From Burkholderiales bacterium (GTDB lineage Bacteria > Pseudomonadota > Gammaproteobacteria > Burkholderiales > SG8-39): a stretch of DNA of 42,229 bases. Shown here piece by piece: positions 1 to 7,612 of this stretch. The stretch is taken from positions 1-42,229 of the forward strand of contig DATMIG010000450.1 of assembly GCA_035554335.1 (NCBI GenBank). Reading direction: 5' to 3'. The stretch's first letter is position 1. Each line of letters starts with the position of its first letter. The position numbers were made by a program, and so were the translations under genes. The notes under the pieces were generated by a model. That model searched no databases. It was not told the origin of the DNA and saw nothing but the letters and a program-made list of their open reading frames with translations.

Positions 1-1
1 C

Positions 2-742
2 GGCCTGTATCGCTGGTACGGCTGGGACGGCGCGCACGACAGCCTCTGGGCGCAGAGCGTGCGGCCGATGCTCGACCCGCGCGAGATGCGCTCGACGCCG
101 GCGCGGGTGGCGAGCACGCTGCGCCAGCATTTCGCCGCCGACTATGCAAAGGCCTTCGGACGCGCGGTGCCGGTGGACGACGAGGAAGCGATGATCGACG
201 CGGGCAAGGCGCTCGCGGCGTACCAGGAGACCCTCGTCAGCGGCCGCACGCCGTTCGACGACTTCCGCGATGCGCTCGAGAAGAGCGACGCCGACGGCAT
301 GCGCCGCTATCCGCTCGCCGCGCGGCGCGGCCTCGCCATCTTCGTCGGCAAGGGCAACTGCAGCACCTGCCACTTCGGTCCGCACTTCTCGAACGGCGAG
401 TTCGCTGCCGCCGGCATCCAGGGCGGCGTCGACGCCGGACGGCTGGAAGGCATCAAGAAGCTGAAGAGCGATCCCTACAACCTCCTCGGCCGCTTCAACG
501 ACGACGCCACGCGCGGCAACGCGGTCGGCACGAAGCAGGTCGAGCTTCAGCGGCGCAACCTCGGCGAGTTCCGCGTGCCCGGCCTGCGCAACGTCGCGCT
601 CACCGCGCCCTACATGCACAACGGCAGCATCGCGACGCTACGCGAAGCCGTGCAGCACTACCCCCTGAATCTCACGCCTCGCGAGAGCGCCGACCTCGTC
701 GTCTTCCTGCAGTCGCTCACCGACGCTTCGCAGCTTCGGTGA
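2..742 (+). CDS. di-haem cytochrome c peroxidase / MauG-family protein, C-terminal part (5' end lies upstream of the window)
   Basis: Frame 2 is open from nt 2 (GLYRWYGWDGAHDSLWAQS...), so the listed 59..742 ORF is only the tail of a longer gene. It carries the haem motif CSTCH (GKGNCSTCHFGP) and the PYMHNGS motif typical of bacterial CCP/MauG proteins. Codon bias is GC3-rich. Confidence 0.85.
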   Translation, partial: GLYRWYGWDGAHDSLWAQSVRPMLDPREMRSTPARVASTLRQHFAADYAKAFGRAVPVDDEEAMIDAGKALAAYQETLVSGRTPFDDFRDALEKSDADGMRRYPLAARRGLAIFVGKGNCSTCHFGPHFSNGEFAAAGIQGGVDAGRLEGIKKLKSDPYNLLGRFNDDATRGNAVGTKQVELQRRNLGEFRVPGLRNVALTAPYMHNGSIATLREAVQHYPLNLTPRESADLVVFLQSLTDASQLR

Positions 743-846
743 CACGCGCGCTGGTCCGGCAGGATCACGCCGCCTGTGACCTACGGCCTTACGCTTTTTT
801 GCAAGACCCACCTATCCTGCGCTCAACCAGAAGCGGAGGAATCCCC

Positions 847-1398
847 TTGTCCAAGAAACGCCTTGTAGTGACGCTCGTCGCCAGTGCGCTCCTCGCCGTC
901 GGCTGGGTCGCTGGTACCGAGATGGCATCCGCGCAAAGCCGCGACGAGCTGGTCCAGAAGTACACGCCCCTCGCCGGCTCGCAGTCGAACGCCACCACCC
1001 TGGTGAACGGACTGCGCAACGGCTCGGATTTCACCCTGAACGGCGTGAGCTTCGACACGCCGACGAAGAAGATGGGCAACGGCGAGGTGAACATCGCGCT
1101 CTCGCTCGCCGAGAAGCAGCTCGGCACCACCACGCCGACCTCGCAGCAGCTGCAGACCGCGCTCATCGGCACGACCGACAAGCCCGGCATCCTCGCGCTG
1201 CGTGCCGACGGCAAGGGCTGGGGCCAGATCGCGCAGTCGATGGGCTTGCGGCTGGGCGACGTGATGCGCTCGCCCAAAGCCGACCAGCATGCGCGCGCGG
1301 AAAAGCCGGAAAAAGTCGAGCGGCCGCAGAAGCCGGAACGCCCGGAGAGACCGGAGCGGCCGGAAAAGCCTGAGCGGCCCGAGCGTCCGGGACGCTGA
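847..1398 (+). CDS. secreted hypothetical protein with a C-terminal (E-K/R-P)n repeat tail
   Basis: The start is TTG at 847, 6 nt after GGAGGA (835..840). The listed ORF start at 739 would add a non-signal-like leader. The N-terminus LSKKRLVVTLVASALLAVGWVAGTEMASA/QS looks like a Sec signal peptide. The C-terminus reads EKPEKVERPQKPERPERPERPEKPERPERP. I recognise no family. Confidence 0.6.
   Translation: MSKKRLVVTLVASALLAVGWVAGTEMASAQSRDELVQKYTPLAGSQSNATTLVNGLRNGSDFTLNGVSFDTPTKKMGNGEVNIALSLAEKQLGTTTPTSQQLQTALIGTTDKPGILALRADGKGWGQIAQSMGLRLGDVMRSPKADQHARAEKPEKVERPQKPERPERPERPEKPERPERPGR
1300..1389 (+). repeat. ten imperfect tandem copies of a 9-nt unit (GAR-MRN-CCN) encoding E-[K/R/Q]-P triplets
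   Basis: Read directly from the sequence: gaa aag ccg gaa aaa gtc gag cgg ccg cag aag ccg gaa cgc ccg gag aga ccg gag cgg ccg gaa aag cct gag cgg ccc gag cgt ccg. The repeat is in frame with CDS 847..1398. Confidence 0.85.
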
Positions 1399-2162
1399 TG
1401 CGCAGACTGTTTGCGGTTCTCGCGCTGAGTCTGGCGCGGACGGCGCTCGGCGCCGACGGCGAGCTCGCGCTCGGCACGGGCCTGCACTACACGACCGGCA
1501 CCTACGGCACATCGACCACCACGCGCATCCTCGCGCTTCCCCTGACGGCGCGCTATGACCGCGAGGCGTGGACGTTCAAGGCCTATGTTCCCTACCTCGA
1601 AATCGACGGCGATTCGAACGTGATCCCGGGGCTCGGTCCGGTCAACGGCAACGGCCGCGGCCGTCGCCCGGCCGGCCAGGCGACGCGCGCGTCCGGCCTC
1701 GGCGATTCGACGCTTTCGGCGACCTACAACGTTTATGGCCGGCAGTCGGGCATCGGCCTCACCGGCAAGGTGAAGCTCGCCACCGGCGACGAGCACGAAG
1801 GCCTCGGCACGGGCGGCAACGACGTCTCGTTCGCGGTCGACGCGTTCCAGCAGCTCGCGCGCTACACGATCTTCGGCGTCCTCGGCTATACGATCTTCGG
1901 CGACTCTCCGTTCGGCCAGCTCGACAACGTCGCGAACCTCGGTCTCGGCGCCAGCCTTCGCGTGAATTCCGCGGACAGCGTCGGCGCGTCGCTGGACCTG
2001 CGCCAGGCGGGCAGTCCGCTGCCGCTCGAGCAGCGCGAGCTCACGGGATTCTGGACGCACCGCATCGACCGCGCGTGGCGCGCGCAAGCGTACCTCCTGA
2101 AGGGCTTCGCCGATGGCAGCCCGGATTGGGGCGCGGGCGTGAGCGCGGCTTACACGTTCTGA
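1398..2162 (+). CDS. outer-membrane beta-barrel protein, MetA-pathway-of-phenol-degradation-like (putative transporter)
   Basis: Signal peptide MRRLFAVLALSLARTALG/AD. The sequence alternates Gly/aromatic-rich strands (GLHYTTGTYGTSTT, WTFKAYVPYLEIDG) and ends in an aromatic residue (...SAAYTF), as OM barrels do. The start overlaps the upstream stop (TGATG at 1396-1400). Confidence 0.7.
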   Translation: MRRLFAVLALSLARTALGADGELALGTGLHYTTGTYGTSTTTRILALPLTARYDREAWTFKAYVPYLEIDGDSNVIPGLGPVNGNGRGRRPAGQATRASGLGDSTLSATYNVYGRQSGIGLTGKVKLATGDEHEGLGTGGNDVSFAVDAFQQLARYTIFGVLGYTIFGDSPFGQLDNVANLGLGASLRVNSADSVGASLDLRQAGSPLPLEQRELTGFWTHRIDRAWRAQAYLLKGFADGSPDWGAGVSAAYTF

Positions 2163-2200
2163 AGATCGCGTTAAGGTCCGATTAAGCAGCGCGGTGCAGC

Positions 2201-2494
2201 ATGTTCCGAATGGCGATCCGAGGGCCGAAGTGGCTCGTCATTGCGGCGCTGGTCACGCTGGCGCCGGACACGCCCGGCGTATTCGAGCTGTGGGACGGGG
2301 ACGAGCTCCTCTTCGTCGGCAGCACCCGCCGCAAGGAAACGCTGCGCACCGAGCTCGAGCGCGAGATCTCCGCGCACGCCGCCGAAGCCACGCACTTCAG
2401 CTGGGAAATCACGTTCCATCCGGAGGACCGGTGGCGCGAGCTGCTGGCTGAATTCGAGCACCTGCACCATCGGCGCCCGCGGTTGAATATCTGA
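2201..2494 (+). CDS. small stand-alone GIY-YIG (URI)-like domain protein
   Basis: PGVFELWDGDELLFVGSTRRKETLRTEL resembles the UvrC-type PGVY-x10-YVGKA..L..RL motif, and the C-terminal RELLAEFEHLHHRRPRLNI resembles EALLLE..LIK...PRYNI. The frame is GC3-saturated. There is no obvious SD before the ATG. Confidence 0.5.
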   Translation: MFRMAIRGPKWLVIAALVTLAPDTPGVFELWDGDELLFVGSTRRKETLRTELEREISAHAAEATHFSWEITFHPEDRWRELLAEFEHLHHRRPRLNI

Positions 2495-2502
2495 CCAGGG
2501 AA

Positions 2503-3690
2503 TTACGTACGTCGTACGGAATTCAGGAAGTGCTGTCGCAGCCCGAATAGGGCCGTCGCGGCGAGCGCCACCAATACCGCGAGCGTGAGCCAGGCGCCCT
2601 GCCAGCCGCCCACCTTGCTGATCAGGCCCGACAAAACGAGCGCGCTGCCCATGCTGAGCGAGGCGATCAGCGTCCAGCTTCCCTGGTAGGCGCCGCGGCG
2701 GCCTTCGGGCGCGAGGCGCGCGACGGCGGTGGGCACGGCGGAGCTGAACACCACCTCGCCAAAGCTGAACACCACCGTGCCGACGAGGAGCGCGGCCGCC
2801 GCGCCAGGGATGAACCCGTAGCAGGCGTGCGCCATCGCGACGATGGCGGCCGCGGCGCCGAGCATGCGGAACGGCCCCATCGGCTCGATGCGCGCGGCGA
2901 CCGGCAGCGCGAGCGCGGCGACCAGGATGCTGTTGCCGCCAAGCACCAGTCCGATATAGCCCTCGCCGAGGCCGCGGTCGGCGCCGAAGAGCGGCGACAC
3001 GGTCACCACCATCCCCATGCTGAGCGGAAAGACGAACGCGATCGCCGCGAAAAGCGCGAAGCGACGATCCAGGAAGGCAGCCAGCGTGTCGCGCACCATG
3101 CCGGAACCCGCCGGCCGCGTCTCGAGCGGCAGCGACCCGCGCAGCGCGACGCCATAGAGCACGGCGACGAGAATGAAGCCAGCCGAGCTGATGGCGGCGA
3201 GGAGCCCGTAGCCCTGCTCTGCCACGTAACCGGCCGGCATCACGCCGAGCGTATAGGCGACGCTCATCACCGTGTAGTTGAGCGCGAGCACCGATTGCCG
3301 GCGCTCGGCCGGCGCGAGGTCGAGGAGCAGCGCAGCGGACACCGGCATGTTGATCGCTCCGGTGACGCCGAGCGCGAGGCTCCAGAGGACCAGCGTGAGC
3401 GGATCGCGCACCAGCAGAAAGCACGGCAGCACGGCCGCCGTGAGGAGTGCCGAGGCGAGGAGAAGCGTGCGCCGGCCGACCCGGTCGGAGAGCGCGCCGA
3501 ACATCGGCGCGAGCAGGCCGCGCGCCAGGTTCTCGGCGAGGAAGGCGAGGCCGACGACGGCTATGCCGATTCCGGCCTTCTGCACGAAGTAGATGCCGAG
3601 GAAGGTGACGAGGCTCATGCGCGCCGCGACGGCGAGGAAATTCGCCGCCACCACGACCCGGATGCGCCTGTCCAGCGCTAGAAGCCCCAG
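2503..3690 (-). CDS. MFS transporter (start codon uncertain)
   Basis: A 12-TM-like hydrophobic pattern with MFS motif A (GALSDRVGRR) between TM2 and TM3. The first in-frame ATG is at 3618, but it lies inside predicted TM1 (VVVAANFLAVAARMSLVTFLGIYF). The only candidate codons upstream are CTG at 3690 and 3675. The long 518-aa ORF upstream of that overlaps the flavin reductase gene out of frame. Confidence 0.75.
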   Translation of the reverse strand: MGLLALDRRIRVVVAANFLAVAARMSLVTFLGIYFVQKAGIGIAVVGLAFLAENLARGLLAPMFGALSDRVGRRTLLLASALLTAAVLPCFLLVRDPLTLVLWSLALGVTGAINMPVSAALLLDLAPAERRQSVLALNYTVMSVAYTLGVMPAGYVAEQGYGLLAAISSAGFILVAVLYGVALRGSLPLETRPAGSGMVRDTLAAFLDRRFALFAAIAFVFPLSMGMVVTVSPLFGADRGLGEGYIGLVLGGNSILVAALALPVAARIEPMGPFRMLGAAAAIVAMAHACYGFIPGAAAALLVGTVVFSFGEVVFSSAVPTAVARLAPEGRRGAYQGSWTLIASLSMGSALVLSGLISKVGGWQGAWLTLAVLVALAATALFGLRQHFLNSVRRT

Positions 3691-4235
3691 TAATCGAGCC
3701 CTTCGGGAAGCGGCTCGCCCAGCGTGAGCGAGGCGAGCTTGGCGTACTGGCCGTCGGAATAGAGCAGCGGCTTGCCCTTCTGGCCGACCAGGATCTGCTC
3801 CACCTGGCCAAGGAAGATCGTATGCGTGCCGTGCGTGAGCGTCTTCACCACGCGGCAGTCGAACGAGACGAGCGCGTCGATCAGCACCGGCGAGCCGGTG
3901 GCGAGGCGCGTCCAGTTGCCGTTCTTGAACCGCGCGTCGCCCGTCTGGCCGCCGGAGAAGGTGGTGGAGAGCTCCCAGTTCTCGGCACGCAGCACGTTCA
4001 CGCAGAACACCTTGCTCTTCGACACCGCGCCGTGCGTGGTGGCGAGCTTGTTGATGCACACCAGCACCGTCGGCGGCTCCGCGGTCGCGGAGCAGACCGC
4101 CGTCGCGGTCATGCCGTAGCGATGGCCGGAGTGGAAGCTGGTAATGACGTTGACTGCGCCCGCGAGCGTGCGCATGCCGATCTTGAATTGCCCCGCATCC
4201 ACAGGTTGTGAAGCCGCGGCCGGTTTTTGTTCCAT
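3678..4235 (-). CDS. flavin reductase family protein (HpaC/RutF-like NAD(P)H-flavin oxidoreductase domain)
   Basis: FKIGMRTLAGAVNVITS...YGMTATAVCSATAEPPTVLVCINK...SPVLIDALVSFDCRVV...HTIFLGQV is the typical flavin_reduct domain pattern. Confidence 0.88.
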   Translation of the reverse strand: MEQKPAAASQPVDAGQFKIGMRTLAGAVNVITSFHSGHRYGMTATAVCSATAEPPTVLVCINKLATTHGAVSKSKVFCVNVLRAENWELSTTFSGGQTGDARFKNGNWTRLATGSPVLIDALVSFDCRVVKTLTHGTHTIFLGQVEQILVGQKGKPLLYSDGQYAKLASLTLGEPLPEGLDYWGF

Positions 4236-4250
4236 GCGAACATTCTATCC

Positions 4251-6062
4251 ATGGACACCGTCGGCTTTCTCCAGCAGGCCCTCCTCTACCTCGGCGCGGG
4301 CATCATCGCGGTGCCGATCTTCACGCGGCTCGGCGCCGGGTCGGTGCTCGGTTATCTGGTTGCCGGCATCGCCATCGGGCCCTGGGGCTTCGGCTTCATC
4401 ACCGACGCGAGCACGGTGCTGCACATCTCCGAGCTCGGCGTGGTGCTGCTGCTCTTCCTCGTGGGCCTCGAGCTGAACGCGTCGCGCGTGTGGCAGCTGC
4501 GCCGCGCGATCTTCGGCCTCGGCAGCGTGCAGCTCGTCATCACCACCGCCGCCGTCGCCGCGATCGCGATCGCGTTCGGCCAGCCGCTGGTCGTCGCGCT
4601 GATCGCCGGCATGGGCTTCGCCATGTCATCGACCGCGATCGGCCTCGCGCTCATGACCGAGAAGAACCTGCTGCCGACGCCCGGCGGCCAGGCGTCGTTC
4701 GCGGTGCTGCTCTTCCAGGACCTGGCGGTGATCCCCCTCCTCCTCGTGCTCGCCTTCCTCGGCGGCGAGGCGGAGGCCTTCCGCTGGATCGACGCGGCGA
4801 AGGCCGCCGGCTTCATCGTCGCGCTCGTCGCGGCCGGGCGCGTGCTGGTCAGGCCGGCGCTGCGCTACATCGCGGGCACGCGGCTGCGCGAGGTGTTCGT
4901 CGGCTTCGCGCTCTTCCTCGTGCTCGGCGCCGCGGCGCTCGCCGACGTGGTGGGGCTTTCCATGGCGCTCGGCGCCTTCCTCGCCGGCGTGATGCTGGCG
5001 GAGAGCGAGTACCGCTACGAGCTCGAGCTCGACATCGATCCGTTCAAGGGCCTCTTGCTCGGCCTGTTCTTCATGGCGGTCGGCATGTCGGTGGACCTCG
5101 GCCTCTTCGTGCGCATCCCGCACGTCATCCTCGCCATCACGCTCGTGGTGGTGGCAGTGAAGATGGTGATCCTCTTCTACAGCGCGCGCCTCTTCGGCTA
5201 TTGCCACGGCCGCGACGCCGGGCTCTTCGCCGTGGCGCTGTCGCAGGTCGGCGAGTTCGCCTTCGTCCTCTTCACCGCCGCCGCCAACGTGCTGCCGGCG
5301 GAGACGATCGCGGTGCTGAACGCCGTCGTCGCCACCTCGATGCTGACCACGCCGTTCCTGATGATGCTGTATTCGCGCTACACCGCGCGGGTACGCCGCG
5401 CCGACCGCGCGGCCGATACCATCGAAGAAAGCAATCCGGTCATCGTCGCCGGCTTCGGCCGCTTCGGCCAGGTGGTGGTGCGCGTGCTGCGCGGGCTGCG
5501 CATCCGCGCCACGGTCATCGACCACGACCCGGAGCAGATCGAGACCGTGCGCCGCTTCGGCTTCAAGGCGTACTACGGCGACGCGACGCGCATGGATCTC
5601 CTCGAATCGGCCGGCGCGCGCAAGGCGAAGCTGCTCCTCGTCGCCATCGACGACCCGGAGGCGGCGATGCGCATGGTGAAGCGCGTGCGCCAGCGCTTCC
5701 CGGACCTGCCGGTGATCGCGCGCGCGCACGGCCGCACCGACGCATACGAATATGCCGAGATGGGCGTGCCGGCGGTGCGCGAGATGTTCGGCTCGTCGAT
5801 CACGGCGGCGGAACGCCTGCTGGTCGCGCTCGGCTACGACGCGGAGGCCGCGCAGCGCGTGGTCGAGCGCTTCCGGGAGTACGACGAGAGCCAGATCACG
5901 GCCCAGGCGCCGTTCCGGCGCGACACGGAGAAGCTGATCGCGCTCACCGAGCAGGGACGGCGCGACATCGCGCAGCTGCTAGCGTCGGAAATTGACCAGC
6001 ACGATGCCCGCCCCGACCGCGAGCGCGGCGAGCAGGAAATGGCCGGTCAGCGGATCTCCTAG
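4251..6062 (+). CDS. kefC: glutathione-regulated K+ efflux / CPA2 monovalent cation:proton antiporter, KefB/KefC type, with a TrkA-N (RCK) domain
   Basis: The N-terminus MDTVGFLQQALLYLGAGIIAVPIFTRLGAGSVLGYLVAGIAIGPWGFGFI closely parallels the E. coli KefB/KefC N-termini. A C-terminal Rossmann motif VIVAGFGRFGQ marks the RCK domain. The ATG at 4251 is preferred over the listed 4227 on that alignment. Confidence 0.88.
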   Translation: MDTVGFLQQALLYLGAGIIAVPIFTRLGAGSVLGYLVAGIAIGPWGFGFITDASTVLHISELGVVLLLFLVGLELNASRVWQLRRAIFGLGSVQLVITTAAVAAIAIAFGQPLVVALIAGMGFAMSSTAIGLALMTEKNLLPTPGGQASFAVLLFQDLAVIPLLLVLAFLGGEAEAFRWIDAAKAAGFIVALVAAGRVLVRPALRYIAGTRLREVFVGFALFLVLGAAALADVVGLSMALGAFLAGVMLAESEYRYELELDIDPFKGLLLGLFFMAVGMSVDLGLFVRIPHVILAITLVVVAVKMVILFYSARLFGYCHGRDAGLFAVALSQVGEFAFVLFTAAANVLPAETIAVLNAVVATSMLTTPFLMMLYSRYTARVRRADRAADTIEESNPVIVAGFGRFGQVVVRVLRGLRIRATVIDHDPEQIETVRRFGFKAYYGDATRMDLLESAGARKAKLLLVAIDDPEAAMRMVKRVRQRFPDLPVIARAHGRTDAYEYAEMGVPAVREMFGSSITAAERLLVALGYDAEAAQRVVERFREYDESQITAQAPFRRDTEKLIALTEQGRRDIAQLLASEIDQHDARPDRERGEQEMAGQRIS

Positions 6063-6872
6063 GAACACCACGCCGCTCAGCACGCCGAGCAGCGGCGTGA
6101 CGAACGACAGCACGCCGAGGCGCGCCGCGAGGTAGTGGCGCAGGAGCCAGAACCAGGCGAGCAGCGTGGCGAAGCCGGCGAGGATCCCCTGGTACGCGAG
6201 GCTCGCCACCGCGAAGCCGGACAGCGACACGACGCCCGGCTCGCCGAGCGCGAGCGATGCCAGCGGCAGCACGATCGCCGCGCAGCCGATCTGGTAGAGG
6301 AAGGTCTTGGTCGCCGCCACGCGCGCGAGGTTCGTCGCGCGGATCACCGTCGTGGTCGCGGCCCAGAGGAGCGCGGCCACCACGCCACAGGCATCGCCGA
6401 GCAGCGTCGAGCCGCGCGCGGCCGTGAAGCCCTCGGAGAAGGCCACGGCCACGCCCGCGAAGGCGAGCAGCACGCCGAGCCATTGCGCCGGCGCGAGGCG
6501 CTCGCCCGGCACGGTGGCATGGAGGAAGAGCGCAGCGAAGATCGGCGCGAGGTATACGAACACCGACATGCGCGATGCGGTGGTGTGGCCGAGCCCGTAG
6601 TAGATGAAGACGAACTCGACGGCGAAGAGCGATCCGGCCAGGAGGCCCGTGCGCGCCGTGCCGTCGCGCTCGAGGAGCGGGATGCCGCGCAGCCGCGCCC
6701 AGACGAGGACCAGCACGGTGGCGATGATCGAGCGGATGGCGCCCTGCATGAGGAGCGACACCTCGGGCGCGGTCAGCTTGATCACCACCTGCTGCACGCC
6801 CCACACCGCGCACAGCGTCAACGTGACGCCGTACGCGGTGGCGTCGAGCGGCTTGCGCTCGGCTACTTCCAA
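5979..6872 (-). CDS. DMT superfamily / EamA-family transporter
   Basis: Ten-TM-like pattern with two EamA halves (GVTLTLCAVWGVQQVVIKL..., ...ALLWAATTTVIRA...). The candidate start is TTG at 6872; the alternative is GTG at 6929. The 3' end overlaps the convergent kefC-type gene. Confidence 0.8.
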   Translation of the reverse strand: MEVAERKPLDATAYGVTLTLCAVWGVQQVVIKLTAPEVSLLMQGAIRSIIATVLVLVWARLRGIPLLERDGTARTGLLAGSLFAVEFVFIYYGLGHTTASRMSVFVYLAPIFAALFLHATVPGERLAPAQWLGVLLAFAGVAVAFSEGFTAARGSTLLGDACGVVAALLWAATTTVIRATNLARVAATKTFLYQIGCAAIVLPLASLALGEPGVVSLSGFAVASLAYQGILAGFATLLAWFWLLRHYLAARLGVLSFVTPLLGVLSGVVFLGDPLTGHFLLAALAVGAGIVLVNFRR

Positions 6873-7612
6873 AAGCGCTCGAAGTCCGGCGTGCGCTTCT
6901 CGGCGAAGGCCGTCAGGCCCTCGCGCCACTCCGCGGGATCGAGCTGGGCGAGCAGGCGGTGGATTCCTTCCCAGTCGCCCGGCGGCACGCGCCCCAGGGT
7001 GCGTTTCACCGCGGCGATCGCGCCCGGCGGCGCCGTGATGATCTCTTCGGCGAGCTTCACCGCCGATTCCAGCGCGTTCTCCACCTTCTGGTTCGCGAGC
7101 CCGAGCGCGACCGCTTCATCCGCCGTGAGGCGCCGCCGCGTGAGGATCAGCTCGAGTGCCTTGCGCCGCCCCACGATCTCCGGCAGCCGCGCGAGCGCCG
7201 TGCGCGGGACGAGCCCAAGGCCGAGCTCCGGCAAGGCGAATCGCGCCTTGTCCGTGACCAGCACGATGTCGCTCGAGAGCGTGAGCTCGACGCCGCCGCC
7301 CATGGCGAGACCGTCGACGGCGGCGATGACCGGGCGCGGGTCGTCGATCAGCGCGCGAAAGAGGTTCACCGGCGAAGTCTCGGGCGCCGGCCGGTTGGGG
7401 TCGAGCAGCTCGCCCTTCAGGAACTCCTTGATGTCGGCGCCGGCACAGAAGTGCTTCGCGGTGGAGACGATGACCAGCGCCCTCGCTGCCCCGCTCTCTT
7501 TGAGCGCCGACAGGAAAGCGCCGACCTGCGGCGGCGACAGCGCGTTGAAGTGCTCGGTGTCGCCCATGGTGAGGACGCCGACCTTCCCTCTCAGCGAGAA
7601 CTCGACTCTCAT
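6863..7612 (-). CDS. enoyl-CoA hydratase/isomerase (crotonase) family protein
   Basis: VGVLTMGDTEHFNALS...KHFCAGADIKEF...PVIAAVDGLAMGGGVELTLSSD is the crotonase oxyanion-hole pattern. There is an ATGA overlap with the upstream ACAD stop (7609-7612). Confidence 0.88.
   Translation of the reverse strand: MRVEFSLRGKVGVLTMGDTEHFNALSPPQVGAFLSALKESGAARALVIVSTAKHFCAGADIKEFLKGELLDPNRPAPETSPVNLFRALIDDPRPVIAAVDGLAMGGGVELTLSSDIVLVTDKARFALPELGLGLVPRTALARLPEIVGRRKALELILTRRRLTADEAVALGLANQKVENALESAVKLAEEIITAPPGAIAAVKRTLGRVPPGDWEGIHRLLAQLDPAEWREGLTAFAEKRTPDFERFWK

Noticed and set aside
795-800. A T-run (tttttt) after the peroxidase gene, as a possible intrinsic terminator.
   Set aside because: I could not find a convincing GC-rich stem immediately upstream. 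The flanking cctacgg/ccttacg segments are direct, not inverted, repeats. I am not confident enough to call a terminator.
739-846. A possible 36-codon N-terminal extension of the secreted protein (the listed ORF start is 739), or a small upstream ORF.
   Set aside because: The extension (TRALVRQDHAACDLRPYAFLQDPPILRSTRSGGIP) has no signal-like character. The TTG at 847 has a strong GGAGGA at ideal spacing and yields a textbook signal peptide. I therefore treat 743..846 as intergenic.
789-2087. A 432-aa minus-strand ORF antisense to the secreted-protein and barrel genes. Similar very long shadow ORFs occur at 2171..3811(-), 4208..5995(+), 6135..7862(+), 19789..21507(+), 24012..26111(+), 27508..29412(-), 27522..29504(+) and 30988..33765(+).
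   Set aside because: Their translations are Arg/Ala/Pro/Gly-rich low-complexity strings with no family motifs. Each one lies opposite to, or out of frame with, an ORF that has clear family motifs and G/C at nearly every third position. Stop-poor alternative frames like these are expected in very GC-rich DNA.
2500-2524. An imperfect palindrome, GAATTaCGTAC-gtc-GTACGgAATTC, between and over the 3' ends of the convergent GIY-YIG-like and MFS genes.
   Set aside because: The stem is short, AT-rich and interrupted (5+5 bp with a mismatch and a 3-nt loop), with no U-run on either strand. It overlaps the last codons of the MFS gene. It could be a weak bidirectional terminator or a binding site, but the evidence is too thin to call.
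4227-4250. A longer KefC-type N-terminus starting at the listed ATG 4227 (MFHANILS-), which would overlap the divergent flavin reductase start at 4235.
   Set aside because: The sequence from the ATG at 4251 aligns from residue 1 with the E. coli KefB/KefC N-termini (MD....L.QAL.YLG...). The extra 8 residues are unnecessary and would create a head-to-head coding overlap.
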